Counted from the first letter of the stretch, positions 20,113 to 31,490 are shown. The stretch: 64,000 nt of DNA from an uncultured virus (IMG/VR IMGVR_UViG_2061766007_000680) (IMGVR_UViG_2061766007_000680), one strand, 5' to 3'. Notes: generated from the sequence alone by a model not told the origin. Numbers and translations: made by a program.

Positions 20113-20195
20113 TGGTGTGTATGCAAGTGGCCAACGCGAGCAGTCTCCAAAACTGTGGACGAAAGTCTTCGTGGGTTCGAATCCTACCGCACCTG
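20113..20195 (+). tRNA. tRNA-Trp(CCA) with long variable arm
   Basis: gcagt-CTCCAAA-actgt anticodon arm, GTTCGAAT T-loop, G73. Confidence 0.85.
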
Positions 20196-20209
20196 CAAAA
20201 AAATGAAAA

Positions 20210-20262
20210 TTTTTGCTCCAAAATTTTTATAGATCAAAAAAAAGTTGTATCTTTGCAGCAGA
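20210..20262 (+). promoter_or_regulatory. Bacteroidota-type promoter (TATCTTTG at 20248) inside the tRNA cluster
   Basis: Same extended motif as at 2047 and 35720. Confidence 0.75.
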
Positions 20263-20273
20263 TTTTAAAAAAC

Positions 20274-20358
20274 GGGCAGTTGGTCGAGTGGACGAAGGCG
20301 AGACTCTGCAAAAGTTTATGGGGAAACCCACACATTGGTTCGAATCCAATACTGCCCT
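20274..20358 (+). tRNA. tRNA-Cys(GCA) with long variable arm
   Basis: gggcagt/actgccc acceptor stem, CTGCAAA loop, U73, tggg-gaaa-ccca extra arm. Confidence 0.85.
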
Positions 20359-20387
20359 CAAAATAAATGAACATTGAAATAAATAAT

Positions 20388-20482
20388 GGGAAGATAACGT
20401 CGGTGGTCTGTAACACCACTCTGCTTTAACAAATTGGCGTATTGGACTTTGCAGTAGGGGGGTTCGAGTCTCTCTCTTCCCA
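20388..20482 (+). tRNA. Atypical tRNA-Tyr(GTA)-like gene (no D-stem, ~37-nt variable region)
   Basis: gggaaga/tcttccc acceptor stem, gtggt-CTGTAAC-accac arm, TTCGAGT loop, A73. Confidence 0.55.
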
Positions 20483-20483
20483 C

Positions 20484-20682
20484 AAAAATCATTCGATAGA
20501 TATTTAATGATATATTAAGGGTTCGAATCCCAATTGGGGGCTTGTCGACGAACTGGTATGTATCTTATATAACTATACTCAAAGTCCCTCGCATTTTCCG
20601 AGTGTTATATAAGTAAGGTCGATTGTTAAGTGTTTATTGTAAAATCTGCAATTAGAGCGCTATGATTGTATGAATGGTTTTT
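20484..20682 (+). ncRNA. Unidentified ~200-nt structured RNA candidate
   Basis: Closing helix 20484-20494/20672-20682; 10-bp perfect helix 20564-20573/20604-20613; isolated T-arm gggTTCGAATccc. Confidence 0.45.
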
Positions 20683-20747
20683 AAGCACAATGGCTAGTGC
20701 GTCGGCCTTCCAAGCCGAGGATGAGGGTTCGATTCCCTTTATCTACT
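20676..20747 (+). tRNA. tRNA-Gly(TCC) lacking a complementary 5' acceptor strand (pseudo- or split tRNA)
   Basis: Perfect D, anticodon (tcggc-CTTCCAA-gccga) and T arms; 3' strand tatctac is unmatched by ggttttt. Confidence 0.6.
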
Positions 20748-20758
20748 CAACAATTATC

Positions 20759-20832
20759 GGGGATGTGATGTAGTTGGTAAGTCATGCGGGTCTGAAAAAC
20801 CCGAAGCGGTCTCTTCGATGAGCCTGTCCCCA
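20759..20832 (+). tRNA. tRNA-Phe(GAA)
   Basis: ggggatg/tgtcccc acceptor stem, cgggt-CTGAAAA-acccg; irregular T-arm. Confidence 0.75.
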
Positions 20833-21139
20833 CTAAAAACTTTTTTTCTTGGTTACAAAACGGTTGTTAGATACGAAGGTGTAGATTATAACGAGGACGA
20901 AGTTAATAACATAAAAGAACTTGACTTTACAATAGAGAATTTAAGAGAAAATAAACTAAATGTGAATATCGGACAAGGCTTAGGCAGGTGATACTAAACC
21001 GCAATCAGGAGAAATAATCACTACTTAGATGAAAGAAGAGTAATCAAGTTTTAGCAAATGTGTATTGTTTCATTTTTACTGAATTGGTAAAGTAAACAGA
21101 CTGGTGGGACGCGAGTGGATTACTTTATGTTTTTAAAAT

Positions 21140-21212
21140 GCGTTAGTAGATCAATTGGTAGATCGGCACATTGCCATTGTGCAGGCTGGGGAATCGTACT
21201 CCCTCTAACGCT
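21140..21212 (+). tRNA. tRNA-Gly(GCC)
   Basis: gcgttag/ctaacgc, gcaca-TTGCCAT-tgtgc, U73; T-loop ATCGTAC. Confidence 0.85.
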
Positions 21213-21233
21213 CTGAAAATCAATAAATTATTC

Positions 21234-21311
21234 GCGGTATTGGTGTAGTTACAGGCGCACATCACTCCTCCAAAGTGAAGGCATGCACGGATGGGATCTC
21301 CGTATACCGCT
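21234..21311 (+). tRNA. tRNA-Gly(TCC), atypical (C33, T-loop TGGGATC)
   Basis: gcggtat/ataccgc, tcact-CCTCCAA-agtga, U73. Confidence 0.7.
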
Positions 21312-21415
21312 CAACGGCAGGTTTGCATTGGAATAAACGTGTGGAAAATCCACTGCCAATGTGATGAAATAAGAGTAAGACTGCACAGACCCGTAGAAGA
21401 GTCGGGTGAAAATAT

Positions 21416-21489
21416 TCTCTCGTAACTCAACTGCATAGAGTACAAATTTCCTAAATTTGGAGTTCCGAGTTGGAGTCTCGGCGGGAGAA
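21416..21489 (+). tRNA. tRNA-Arg(CCT)
   Basis: tctctcg/cgggaga, caaat-TTCCTAA-atttg. Confidence 0.85.
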
Positions 21490-21576
21490 CAAACGAACTG
21501 AAAATAAAAATATTTTTTCTTTAAAAACAGTACGTTTTTAATACTTAACAAGTATTTATTATAAAAGATAAATATT

Positions 21577-22197
21577 ATGGTTAAGTATAGTAAAGAGGAA
21601 TTAGAGGATTTAATTTTAAACAAAAAATTAAGTTATGTTGAAATAGGGAAGACGTGTGGTATATCTGGAGGTGGTGTAAAAAAGTTAGCCCTTAGATATG
21701 GAATAGAACTTCCTATAAGAAGGAAAATAAATGAGAAAGAAACTTTTGGGAAGGGCAGAACTAAATACGAAAAAGGAAATTGTATTTATTGTGGCAAAGA
21801 ATTTGTGAAATATCCAGGGAAAACAAATCTTTTCTGTTCAAATAGTTGCAGAAACAAATATAAAGACCAAGAATATTTAAATAAATGGAAAAAAGGAGAA
21901 GTTGATGCTACGACAAAAGGGTTTACAATTTATGAATGTGTTAGAAGATACATCTTTGAAAAAAACAATAATTGTTGTGAATCATGTGGAAAAGCATATG
22001 TGAATCCTTATACAAATAAAAGTATATTACAGATACATCACAAAGACGGCAATTGTTTAAATAACAAAGAAGAAAACCTACAATTATTGTGTCCAAATTG
22101 CCACGCAATGACAGAAAATTTTGGGAGCAGAAATAAAAACGGTAACAAAGAACGTACAAAATATTACGGAAAAGACAAAACAAGATATAATAAATGA
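21577..22197 (+). CDS. HNH endonuclease (putative homing endonuclease) with N-terminal HTH and Zn finger, inside the tRNA cluster
   Basis: CIYCGK..FCSNSC, CESCG, LQIHHKDGN..NN..ENLQLLCPNCH. Confidence 0.9.
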   Translation: MVKYSKEELEDLILNKKLSYVEIGKTCGISGGGVKKLALRYGIELPIRRKINEKETFGKGRTKYEKGNCIYCGKEFVKYPGKTNLFCSNSCRNKYKDQEYLNKWKKGEVDATTKGFTIYECVRRYIFEKNNNCCESCGKAYVNPYTNKSILQIHHKDGNCLNNKEENLQLLCPNCHAMTENFGSRNKNGNKERTKYYGKDKTRYNK

Positions 22198-22266
22198 CAA
22201 CGAAAAAGAAACATATGAAGAAACCGTAATCCCACAACTTAATGTTTGTGGGGTTAGTAAAACATT

Positions 22267-22337
22267 GCTCTGCAAGCATTAAGGTGATGCACCATCCTTT
22301 TAAGATGGGGAATTCGGGCCAGTACCGAGGCGGAGCA
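22267..22337 (+). tRNA. tRNA-Lys(TTT), atypical T-loop
   Basis: gctctgc/gcggagc, ccatc-CTTTTAA-gatgg; T-loop GCCAGTA. Confidence 0.7.
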
Positions 22338-22345
22338 CAATAAAT

Positions 22346-22419
22346 GACCCCGTAGTTTAATTGGCAAAACCCCATACTTTTAATATGCGAGAGTGCAAGT
22401 TCGAATCTTGTCGGAGTCA
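22346..22419 (+). tRNA. tRNA-Lys(TTT)
   Basis: cata-CTTTTAA-tatg arm, GTTCGAAT. Confidence 0.85.
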
Positions 22420-22426
22420 CAAATAA

Positions 22427-22498
22427 GCCCTTATAGGTTAACGGTTAGACTAATATACTCTTAATATATGGATCTTGGTTCGATTCCAAGTGGGGGCA
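22427..22498 (+). tRNA. tRNA-Lys(CTT)
   Basis: atata-CTCTTAA-tatat, GGTTCGATTCC. Confidence 0.9.
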
Positions 22499-22512
22499 CT
22501 GGAAGAATATAC

Positions 22513-22588
22513 GCCTCGGTATGCAAATAGGTAAAGCAGCCAAACTCAAAATTTGGTGATTCTGTGGATTCGACTTCCACCTGGGGTA
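22513..22588 (+). tRNA. tRNA-Leu(CAA) with short variable region
   Basis: ccaaa-CTCAAAA-tttgg, A73, only ~7 nt of variable loop. Confidence 0.85.
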
Positions 22589-22598
22589 CAATATAATT

Positions 22599-22705
22599 TA
22601 CGCAGTCCATCGCGCCATTAAAGAGTGAGGAAGTTCAGGACACTTATTTGGGAGTGAAAGTCCAAGTATATATGGAATTAGGTACAGAATCCTGGCTATT
22701 ACGTG
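22599..22705 (+). ncRNA. Miniature RNase P RNA-like element (~107 nt)
   Basis: GAGGAAGTTCAGGAC and ACAGAATCCTGGCT resemble CR-I and CR-V and form a P4 helix with bulged U; P1- and P2-like pairings present. Confidence 0.6.
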
Positions 22706-22773
22706 TATTTTAAATCTCAGAAAAATCTGGGATTTTTTTGTATATTTATATTGAAACAAATGAGATTTAATAT

Positions 22774-25700
22774 TATGGCAAAATTAATTAATGTATATAA
22801 GGGTATGATCCTTACTCCAGAACAGGAGAGAGAGATGTTTGTTGAAACATTCAAGTATCTTGATAAGAAGTTAGAAAAATTTCTTTCAAGTAAGTATTTT
22901 GAAAAACTCTATGAAGAAGATGAGTTTATTGGTGCTGCAGTAGAAGATGCAGGAACTAGAGTTGCGCAAATGGTTGATTATTGCGAAAGAGGTTTTTGGG
23001 ATTAATAGTTATGTATATGGATACAAAAGTTAAGGTTGACACAAGTAGTAGTTTCCTAAAAAGAGTATTTGGAGTTACGTCATGGGAAAAATCCGTCAAT
23101 CCTATTTACGCAACATTCAAGGGCGGATTAGGAAAATACAATGATGACATGTCAGAATGGGATTATTTCTGTTTATGGGGTCATTTTCGTTTTTGTTACG
23201 ACAAAAAAAATTTAATTGACGGATGGACACATATTGGTTTACATGGATATAGAAATGGCTATACCTATACGCCAGTAAAAAGATTACTATGGCAATTTGA
23301 TTATCATTTTGCATTTAATAAGAAATGGCCGTTTATCAAGATTGGTTTCCACAGGATATGGCCGTTGTATGACAAAGAAAAATTTTGATCAGTATGAGTT
23401 TAAGTAGTGAGGATTGGAAACAGTACTACGACAGGTGGGCTGAAAGGATTTCTAACTTTAAGGATGTAGATGGCTTGTTTAAGAAAGTCATTGATAAATA
23501 CGGTAATAAAATGTCTGGAAAAAAATTTACCATATTTGATGTCTTATTTGAGTATGCTAAACGAAAAGGTGTTAAGGTTAGCGATGTTGATGAAGACGTT
23601 GAATTTATTGTGGATTTTATTGTAGAAGAATATGAAGTTAACAACTATAGAGTAGCATTATTTTATAGTGAAAATCCAATTATAATGATTAGTTATGGGA
23701 AAAAGACAACCGAATAAAAAATATCTTTTAGATAAACTAAAAGAGTTGGCACGGGAAGGAATGGATTTTCCTTCACATGATTCAAGTGCAGTTACGCATG
23801 TTGTACCAACAAAAAAAATTGTTAAGAATACAAGAATACTTGTTAATTCTTGTGATGATGACGAGTTAGAGAATTGGGATATTACTTTGTATGTAAATGG
23901 CTCAGTACTATTGTGTTATTACAAGAAAAACAGTATTAACTCTATGATAAATGTGGCTGAAAATGGAGTATCTGGCATTTTTGCATATAGGAATATATAT
24001 GAGCCAATGGAAGTTGGTATAAATGAAATTAATAAAATAAATGAAATATTTAAATTAGCAAAAGAACATGGCAAGTAAAGCACCAAGTACAAAGGCGTTA
24101 TTAAAGATATTCTGGATGTTTGACAAACATGGTTTAATTAAAGAAGATTTATGTTTTGATCCAGAGCATTTTATGGAAACCGTGATAAGAGAAAAATGGA
24201 ATAATTGGAACGAAGAAAAAAGATGTTATAAATATGAGTTGGAAGGGAGAGATTAAACAATTTGCCTGTGTTGATATAGGCGGTAAAACAGTACTTGTAT
24301 TCAGAGAGAAATATGTTAGAAAGGCTACTGCCCATAAAGTTCTGGATCTATTTCTGAACAATTATGAGAAATTAGATGACGAAAATAAGAAAACATATGA
24401 CTTTTTGATTATTGAGAAGAAAGGTCGCATTACTGCTAGTTACAAAAAGGGAAATCCAGAAAATGCGCCAGTTGTTTGGCTAAAGAACGTAGAGTTTAAA
24501 GATATCACTATAGCCGATACAACACAAGTAATAACAAATAAATATGACAAACCAATAATGGTTGACGCTAATAGTTTTACAGTACCATTTAATTCAGATT
24601 TTTACAATGAAAAATAAACGAGACTACGGAAGGTATTTAACACTTAAGTTTCCTGATTTAGAATCACCAAGCAAGAAAAGATTTTTTAACTCTCACGGAA
24701 AAGAGATTACAAAGCAGGAGGCAAAACGATTAAAAGAAATTGATGAGGTGATTGAGAAGTTACTAGCCGAAAAGGCTAAGATTGATGGGGAATAATTCAT
24801 TTTATTCCCCTAAAATTTTTATATTCGGAAAAATTATTGTATCTTTGTAGCGTAATGTGAAATTATAACATTATGGAAGAAAAAAAATTATGTGATAAAG
24901 AACGCAAAGTTTGGAAATCCTACGAAGACTACTCAAAGGAAAGGATTAACGAACTAGTTGATAGACGTAACAAATGGACGAAGAGAGTAAGAGATTTCTT
25001 TGTCTATGGTATTAGTTGGACCACACGTGAAAAATGGCGTAATATGAAATGGTATCTTCGAAACATTCGTAAGTTTTTACATTTGGCTAAGGAATGGCGC
25101 CCTTGGGATTACCGTTATCAAGTTGATCTTTTTAAATTCGGTTTGACCGAATTGGCTGATTATATTGACAAACGTGGCAACGAGGAAGATGTATCTCGCA
25201 CCAAGAAAATTGCAGCGATTACTAAGTTAATTGCTGAATTAGATCGTGATTATGAACATGAGGTATATGAGAAGTATCATCGTCACGAACAATTTGGGAA
25301 AGATGTTAAAAAAATTGTTGAATATGAAGATGGCTCAATTTCATTTAGTTTCAACGAAGACGAGGAGACTAAAAAGAAAAATGAGATTTACAATAAAGCA
25401 CTTATAAAAGCCAGAAAAGAGCATTACAACACCATATTCAAACTCATCCTCGGACAAGATAATGAGAAGTTATGGAAAGAAGTTGATAAAAAGTTTGCTG
25501 AACTTCCAGAAGAAGAGCAGAAAGATCCTCATCAGACAAAGCATTATAAAATTTATGCTCAATTGTTTGATGGCAGTGGAATTGAAGGTTGGTGGGATTA
25601 ATTATGGATATTATTAGTTATAACACATATAAAAAAAGATATAACCCACAGATTTATTATGTCCGTGATGGAATAAAAGGGTGGGCAAAGCAAACTGTAA

Positions 25701-28700
25701 CGCCTACATTAGATCATGATGGGTGGAAACAGTGCATATACGACTATGAATATGGCATGTTTGAAAACGAGAAGCCAAAAGATATGGCTATCCGTTTATT
25801 AAAAGAAACATGGGGCGAAGAATGGTTAAATAATAAGAAATTCGTCTATTATCCGTATTATTATAACGGCATGAATAGTATGATGGATGCTTTATATGTA
25901 TTTTACAAAGAATTATAACATGAAGATAGGAATTAAACATACGTTAGAATCAATATGGTTGTGTATGAAGTATCCATTCCTGTACCCAAGAAATAGGTGG
26001 AACGGTTTTCATTACAACAACTGGGCGTTTGAAGAGAAGATTAACGGGAAACGTAATTTTTGGCCAAAGCCAATGATTGAAAAAGAGGGGTGGCTCCAAA
26101 AAGGGTTTATATTGAATATTGACCAAGAAACTTTTAAAAGCACAAGAGATGTTAAGAATTGGTGGTATGCATTACTCTTCTATGTAGGTAATTTTATTTA
26201 CAAATATCCAATGCAATGGATACACTGTATACCAACATATACAGAGTGGGATGCTATGGATGGTATGCCAGGTTGGAAGAAGACTTTTGGTGATCAAATG
26301 CTTAAGGAGGTAAAGGCACAACTTAAGAAAGACAAATGCTTATACTCATGGCGAATTACCGACGTTAAAGAGAAGTGGGGTTCACTGCGTTTGTATAGTA
26401 ATTTTGCTTCTGATGAGTTGCAGAAGATTATTAACAAATATGATGATTTATCATATGAAACATGTATTCGTTGCGGTGAGCCAGCGAAAATAATTACAGA
26501 TGGTTATGTATTACCGTACTGCGAACATTGTTGGGCAAACATGGAGCATCCACACAAAATAGGTATGTACAAGATAGATGGCAAGAAATGGGTGGATGCT
26601 GATCAAATTATAATTAGTGACAAAAAATTACAATAATTATGGAGAAAAAATTGGTATTAAAACATGAAAACGGCAATTTTATTGAATATGAGCCAGTTTC
26701 ATTTGACTATGAGATAACGCATATTGATCAACCAGAGTATTATGACAACGGCGAGTTTGCTGGGTATAAAACAGAGCATTTTTCAGAAATTCCTATTAGT
26801 CAAATATGGAAAGTTTTTTCATCTTCTACATTTAGAAATCAAATTGAAATTACTGAGTTAACATGTAAAATGTTACCAGATAAGGATTATATTTATTATA
26901 CTGATTTAATCAAGATGTTTACATCAAAAACACCTTTACGGTGTGAAGGCGAATTAACAGTCATTGATGAGGATACTAATACACTTTTCACACAAGCAAC
27001 ACTGCTTGGCTGTGTAGCACTGTCTAAGGTTGATAATAAGATTAGTTTTAGGTTTGATTTTATGAAAACATATATATAATACAGTAAAAATAAGCAATAA
27101 AACATGGAAACTTTTTATAGAACATTATTAGAGAAAGCAAAACCTAATGGAAAAGGATGTTTAACTGTTAATATTAATGAAGTTTTAGACGCGTTAGAAA
27201 AAAATGGCTATAAACGTTATAAAACAAAATTAGGTGAAACTCTTTCAAAAAAGGAATTAACGACTGAAGAACTTGCTGAGATTTTCGCACAAGAGGATAT
27301 AATTATCGATGCAAACGCTAAAGAACTATCAAAAACAATTGATTCCTACATCCTTGAAAAAATGAAACAACAAAAAAAATAAACGTAAAAATAATTTTTA
27401 TTTTAGATTTGTAAAATGAATAATTCATCAGAACAAATAAAAAGTTGCTCAATACCCCAAGAAAAAAATCATACAGACGGCCGTTATAGTGAAGAGAATG
27501 TAATATGTTACGGTTGTCACTATCACAAAAATGGAAGTTGTAATAAGCCAGCACTGATGATTGCATGCAGTAAGTATTACCCACACCCAACAACTATTTC
27601 ACAATGGATAAAATACATATTCCATAGATGTAAAAATTTGTATTGGTATTACCATCACAAGTGTTCCGAGAACCTCAATTGGCTTAAGTATAAATGCAAA
27701 TCAGCATCAATACCATCTCCAATTGGGCCAGGAAGTAAAATATACTATCAATGGATTGTATCAGATGATAATGAAACACACATATTGAAGATAGAAAAAC
27801 TATGGGTCGGATGTGGTAATAATAGCGAGAAAAATAAATTCTACATAATGGCAAAAACTAATGAGGGGCAATCAACACTTAATTCGTTGTTGGAATATAA
27901 AAAAATAATAAAAATAGAAAAATGAAGAAAAAATTATGGAAGAAATAATGGAATATAGTGGCTATATAGATTTAGATAGCAAAGAAACTTTAGCAATTAA
28001 AAATCTTGAAAATTCTAAAAGTGATTACCGAAACAAATATTTGTCAAAAATATTTAATACGAATATACATACTGATGTTGAATATTTCTTTGATTACTCA
28101 AAAGCATTGGCTTTATTTAAGGACTATGAAGAGAAATATGGGCAACCTAGTGAATTGGATAAAAATAAATTAACATATCATTATTGGGAAAATGGTGGTG
28201 TTGATAGAATATCTGATATTGAAAAAGCAAAAATTCAAGTTGATGATAATGGGACTTTTCTCGCACGTATTATACTTGAAGCACATGGCAAAAAAACGTT
28301 TGGATGGGGAAATATTGCTAGGTATGATGTAGAATTATTTAAATTTTACGAAAACAGACCAAATTTAGTATTAACAAATGTGTTTACAAACACAGACTTA
28401 TTATATGACTTTTTAAGTAGACTAATTGAATGTATTGTTAATATTAATAAACATGAATTAATTGAAAGAATCAATTACAATACAGAAAAGATAGTCACCA
28501 TTAGTGAAGAAATAAAAAACATGTCTAATATTTTAGAAACACCTGTAAAATAAAAAATATTATGGATAATAAAATTGAAATTCCTAGTTTTCTGCCAGTT
28601 GGCGAAGATTGTGGTGTTAATTCTGACAACCACGAAGAAATTGGTTATTTATTGCGAATTATGATAGAAACACCTTTGAAAAATACGTGTTATTTAATGA

Positions 28701-31255
28701 GTTTTAATAACGAAGAAGAAGCAAAACGTATATTTAAATTCAATCGAGATAGATTTGATAAGGAAAATGAAGATAAGAAAATTGAAGTAGTTGAAGATGG
28801 CGAATATACTTATTATGCAAAATTAGAAGAAATTGAATTGCCTGATAAAGGAAATAAAGGTATAATTTTTCTCAAACTATTTAAGATTCTTAATAATAGC
28901 GGTATAATGTATTCGTATTAATTAAACAATTTATAGTATGGAAAGAATTTTAGAACTGACACATAAAAATGGTGAAATATCAACACTTATTCCTGAATCA
29001 TTTGATTACAATGTAATACATTATGATAAACCTATCAAAGATGAGTGTGTTTTTTTTCGGGGATATGAAACCGATGAATATACAAATGTAGATATTTCAA
29101 ATTTATGGGATGTTCATAAAAGTAGCTCACTTACAAATGTGGTTGAATACACTGCATTTCATTGTAAGTATCAATCACAAAAACAATGTAAAGAGTTGAT
29201 GAAAACCATAAAATCAATGACAGGTAAATATGTAATACCAAATGTAAATCTTGTTGCGGAAGGTAAATTAACTTTCATAGATAAACCTGTCAAAATGGAG
29301 ATTTTACATATGATTGATACGGTTAGTGAAATAACATTTACACTTCATAATTGTATGCCTACATATTTGGATGAGGATAAACATATGATTGGTGTTGTTT
29401 CTGATTTTGTTGAAGCATACGTAGGTAAATAGTTAAAATATATGGGTAAAGTAAGTAGATTATTTGCCACCGAAGAAATGAAGAAGGCGGCAAGAGAGTT
29501 TAGAGAAAACGCACAGGCACAAGAATATCTACATCCAGACTATGGTGAGGTAGATGAGGATAAATTATTGGAAGACTATTTCCTCGCTGGTGCTGTGTGG
29601 TATAAACAGTATTTGAAAGATGTTCAAGATAAGAAAATATATTCACTTGAAGGTCAAACTAGTAAACTTGGTGGTAGTGGCGACGCAGACTATAGAAAAT
29701 AAGCGTTTAGAGACTAATTTTTAAAAATAAGCCTTTGTAGACATAAAAATATTAGAATAATTATGATAGCACTAGGAGGAGCAGTTTGGGCTGCCTTAAC
29801 GATGTTTGACTCGGAACAAACGGTTGATACATACAACCATCATCAAGAACCTTTGACATATGATTGTGATGTAGTTTACAGATTTGAAATCCTATCAGAT
29901 TTAGGGAAGAATGTTAAAAATATTCTTAAATCTCAACTAGATAAAGAAACAAGTGAAGCATTGCGATATTTTCGTCCTGAATACGAGATGATTGAAGAAG
30001 GAAATTTGCTTGAACTTAGAATGATAAAATCTCCATATAAACTTTATCACAGTCAAGTAATTGAGTTGTTGGAGAATCACAATCTCAAAGCAGGCGTTGA
30101 TTATAATTTAACTTGGTTCCTTGGGGAATGGAATAGAAAAACAAAAGAATTTAGTCTGTATTGAATTAATAAAAATAAATAATATAACAGTTAAAAATTA
30201 AGAAAACAATGAAAGCAAGAGATTTAAAACATATTGTTAATCAATTCGATGATAACGATGATATTACGTTTGAATATTCAATGTTTTTCTTTGAAAATAT
30301 AGATAAATTATTTTCTGGAAGGGAAATTGTTGAAGTATACGAAGAAGAAGTTGAAGATATCGATGATATTCCAAATTGCGACCATATAATATCATTTAAA
30401 AATTAAGAAAATAATGAAAGCAAGAGATTTAGCAGAAAAGTTAATGGAGAATCCAGACAAAGAGGTATGCATTATTGACTATAATGCAAAGCCAGGAGAG
30501 GATATCTTTCCTGTCAAGGATGTTTATAATGACGACGAAAAAAGAACCGTTTTAAGTTGGGATTAATTATGTGGTACGATGTAGAATATAACACAAGTTT
30601 CGCCAAACTTTTAGGCGCAAATAGTGTAGACGACTTTAATAAAGAATATGGGACAAATTTACAGTTTGACGACGGATTTGTTCCTAGTGTCAGCACTATG
30701 GTTGAATTGCCAGATTACGTGGAGGCAAATCCAGTTAATATTTGTTACTATCTTGGACTGAAAGAGGTTCCAGATGGTTTGAAATTTGAAGTAAGTGAAT
30801 ATCAAGAATAATTATGACAATAAAATTTTTCACATATCTAAAAGGACAAAAAATCTTTATTGAAACTTGGCAAGATGCGGAATTTGTTCCAAGAAAAGAT
30901 GATGTAATTTGGGATATTTATAACGAACACTCTGGAATTGTCATGCACACATATTGGCAGAATTCTAACACTATACACATTGAAGTAAGATTACCAATGT
31001 TAAATTAAATATAATTTGTATATTTGTATTATGGAAAATGAAGTAAAATTAACTCCTTGGGATGATGAATGGGATTGGAAATTAACGCTTAATGAATTTA
31101 TCAAAGAGGCTGAGATGGGGTGTCTTACTGATGACGATGGTTATGGCTATTATGCAACCGAAGAAGGATACACAGATATAAAGGTTTATCCGTCAACCGT
31201 GTTACACAATTGGCACAAAACAGAATATCCATACATCAATTGGGTTAATAAATAA
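22774..31255 (+). other. Run of about 20 co-oriented hypothetical CDSs (e.g. 24873..25601, 25920..26636, 27936..28553). Includes paralog pairs 26639/28938, 25920/40409 and 29763/57428
   Basis: Abutting or overlapping + strand ORFs; shared motifs H.NG....P.SFDY, VKEK.G.L and MIALGGAVWAAL. Confidence 0.75.
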
Positions 31256-31490
31256 TTGTATATTTGTGTTATGGAGAGAGAAAAATTTAATGCGTATATA
31301 ATTGCAAAAACAAGAGAAGGCGAAAAAAGACATTAAAGTCAACACAATGCTTTGTGGATGATATACATGAAGCAAAGTTCTATAAGAGTCTTGCCGAGGC
31401 CCAAAAAGACAGAAACATTGCTAGTTTTAATTATGATTTATATATGTGGATGCTCCACCAACCAAAATATGATTTTAGAGTAATTAGAGC

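Noticed and set aside
20518..20560. tmRNA (T-arm followed by GGGGGC..TCGACG)
   Set aside because: No acceptor 3' strand or G3-U70 stem and no tag reading frame could be identified; kept only as an unknown ncRNA candidate.
20833..21139. Additional ncRNA in the tRNA spacer
   Set aside because: The first half reads as a start-less coding remnant (FLGYKTVVRYEGVDYNEDEV...), and no convincing helices were found by eye.
20115..22420. ORFs 20115..20366, 20234..20419, 21249..21623 and 21941..22420
   Set aside because: They overlap tRNA genes or the HNH gene and have no protein-like features.
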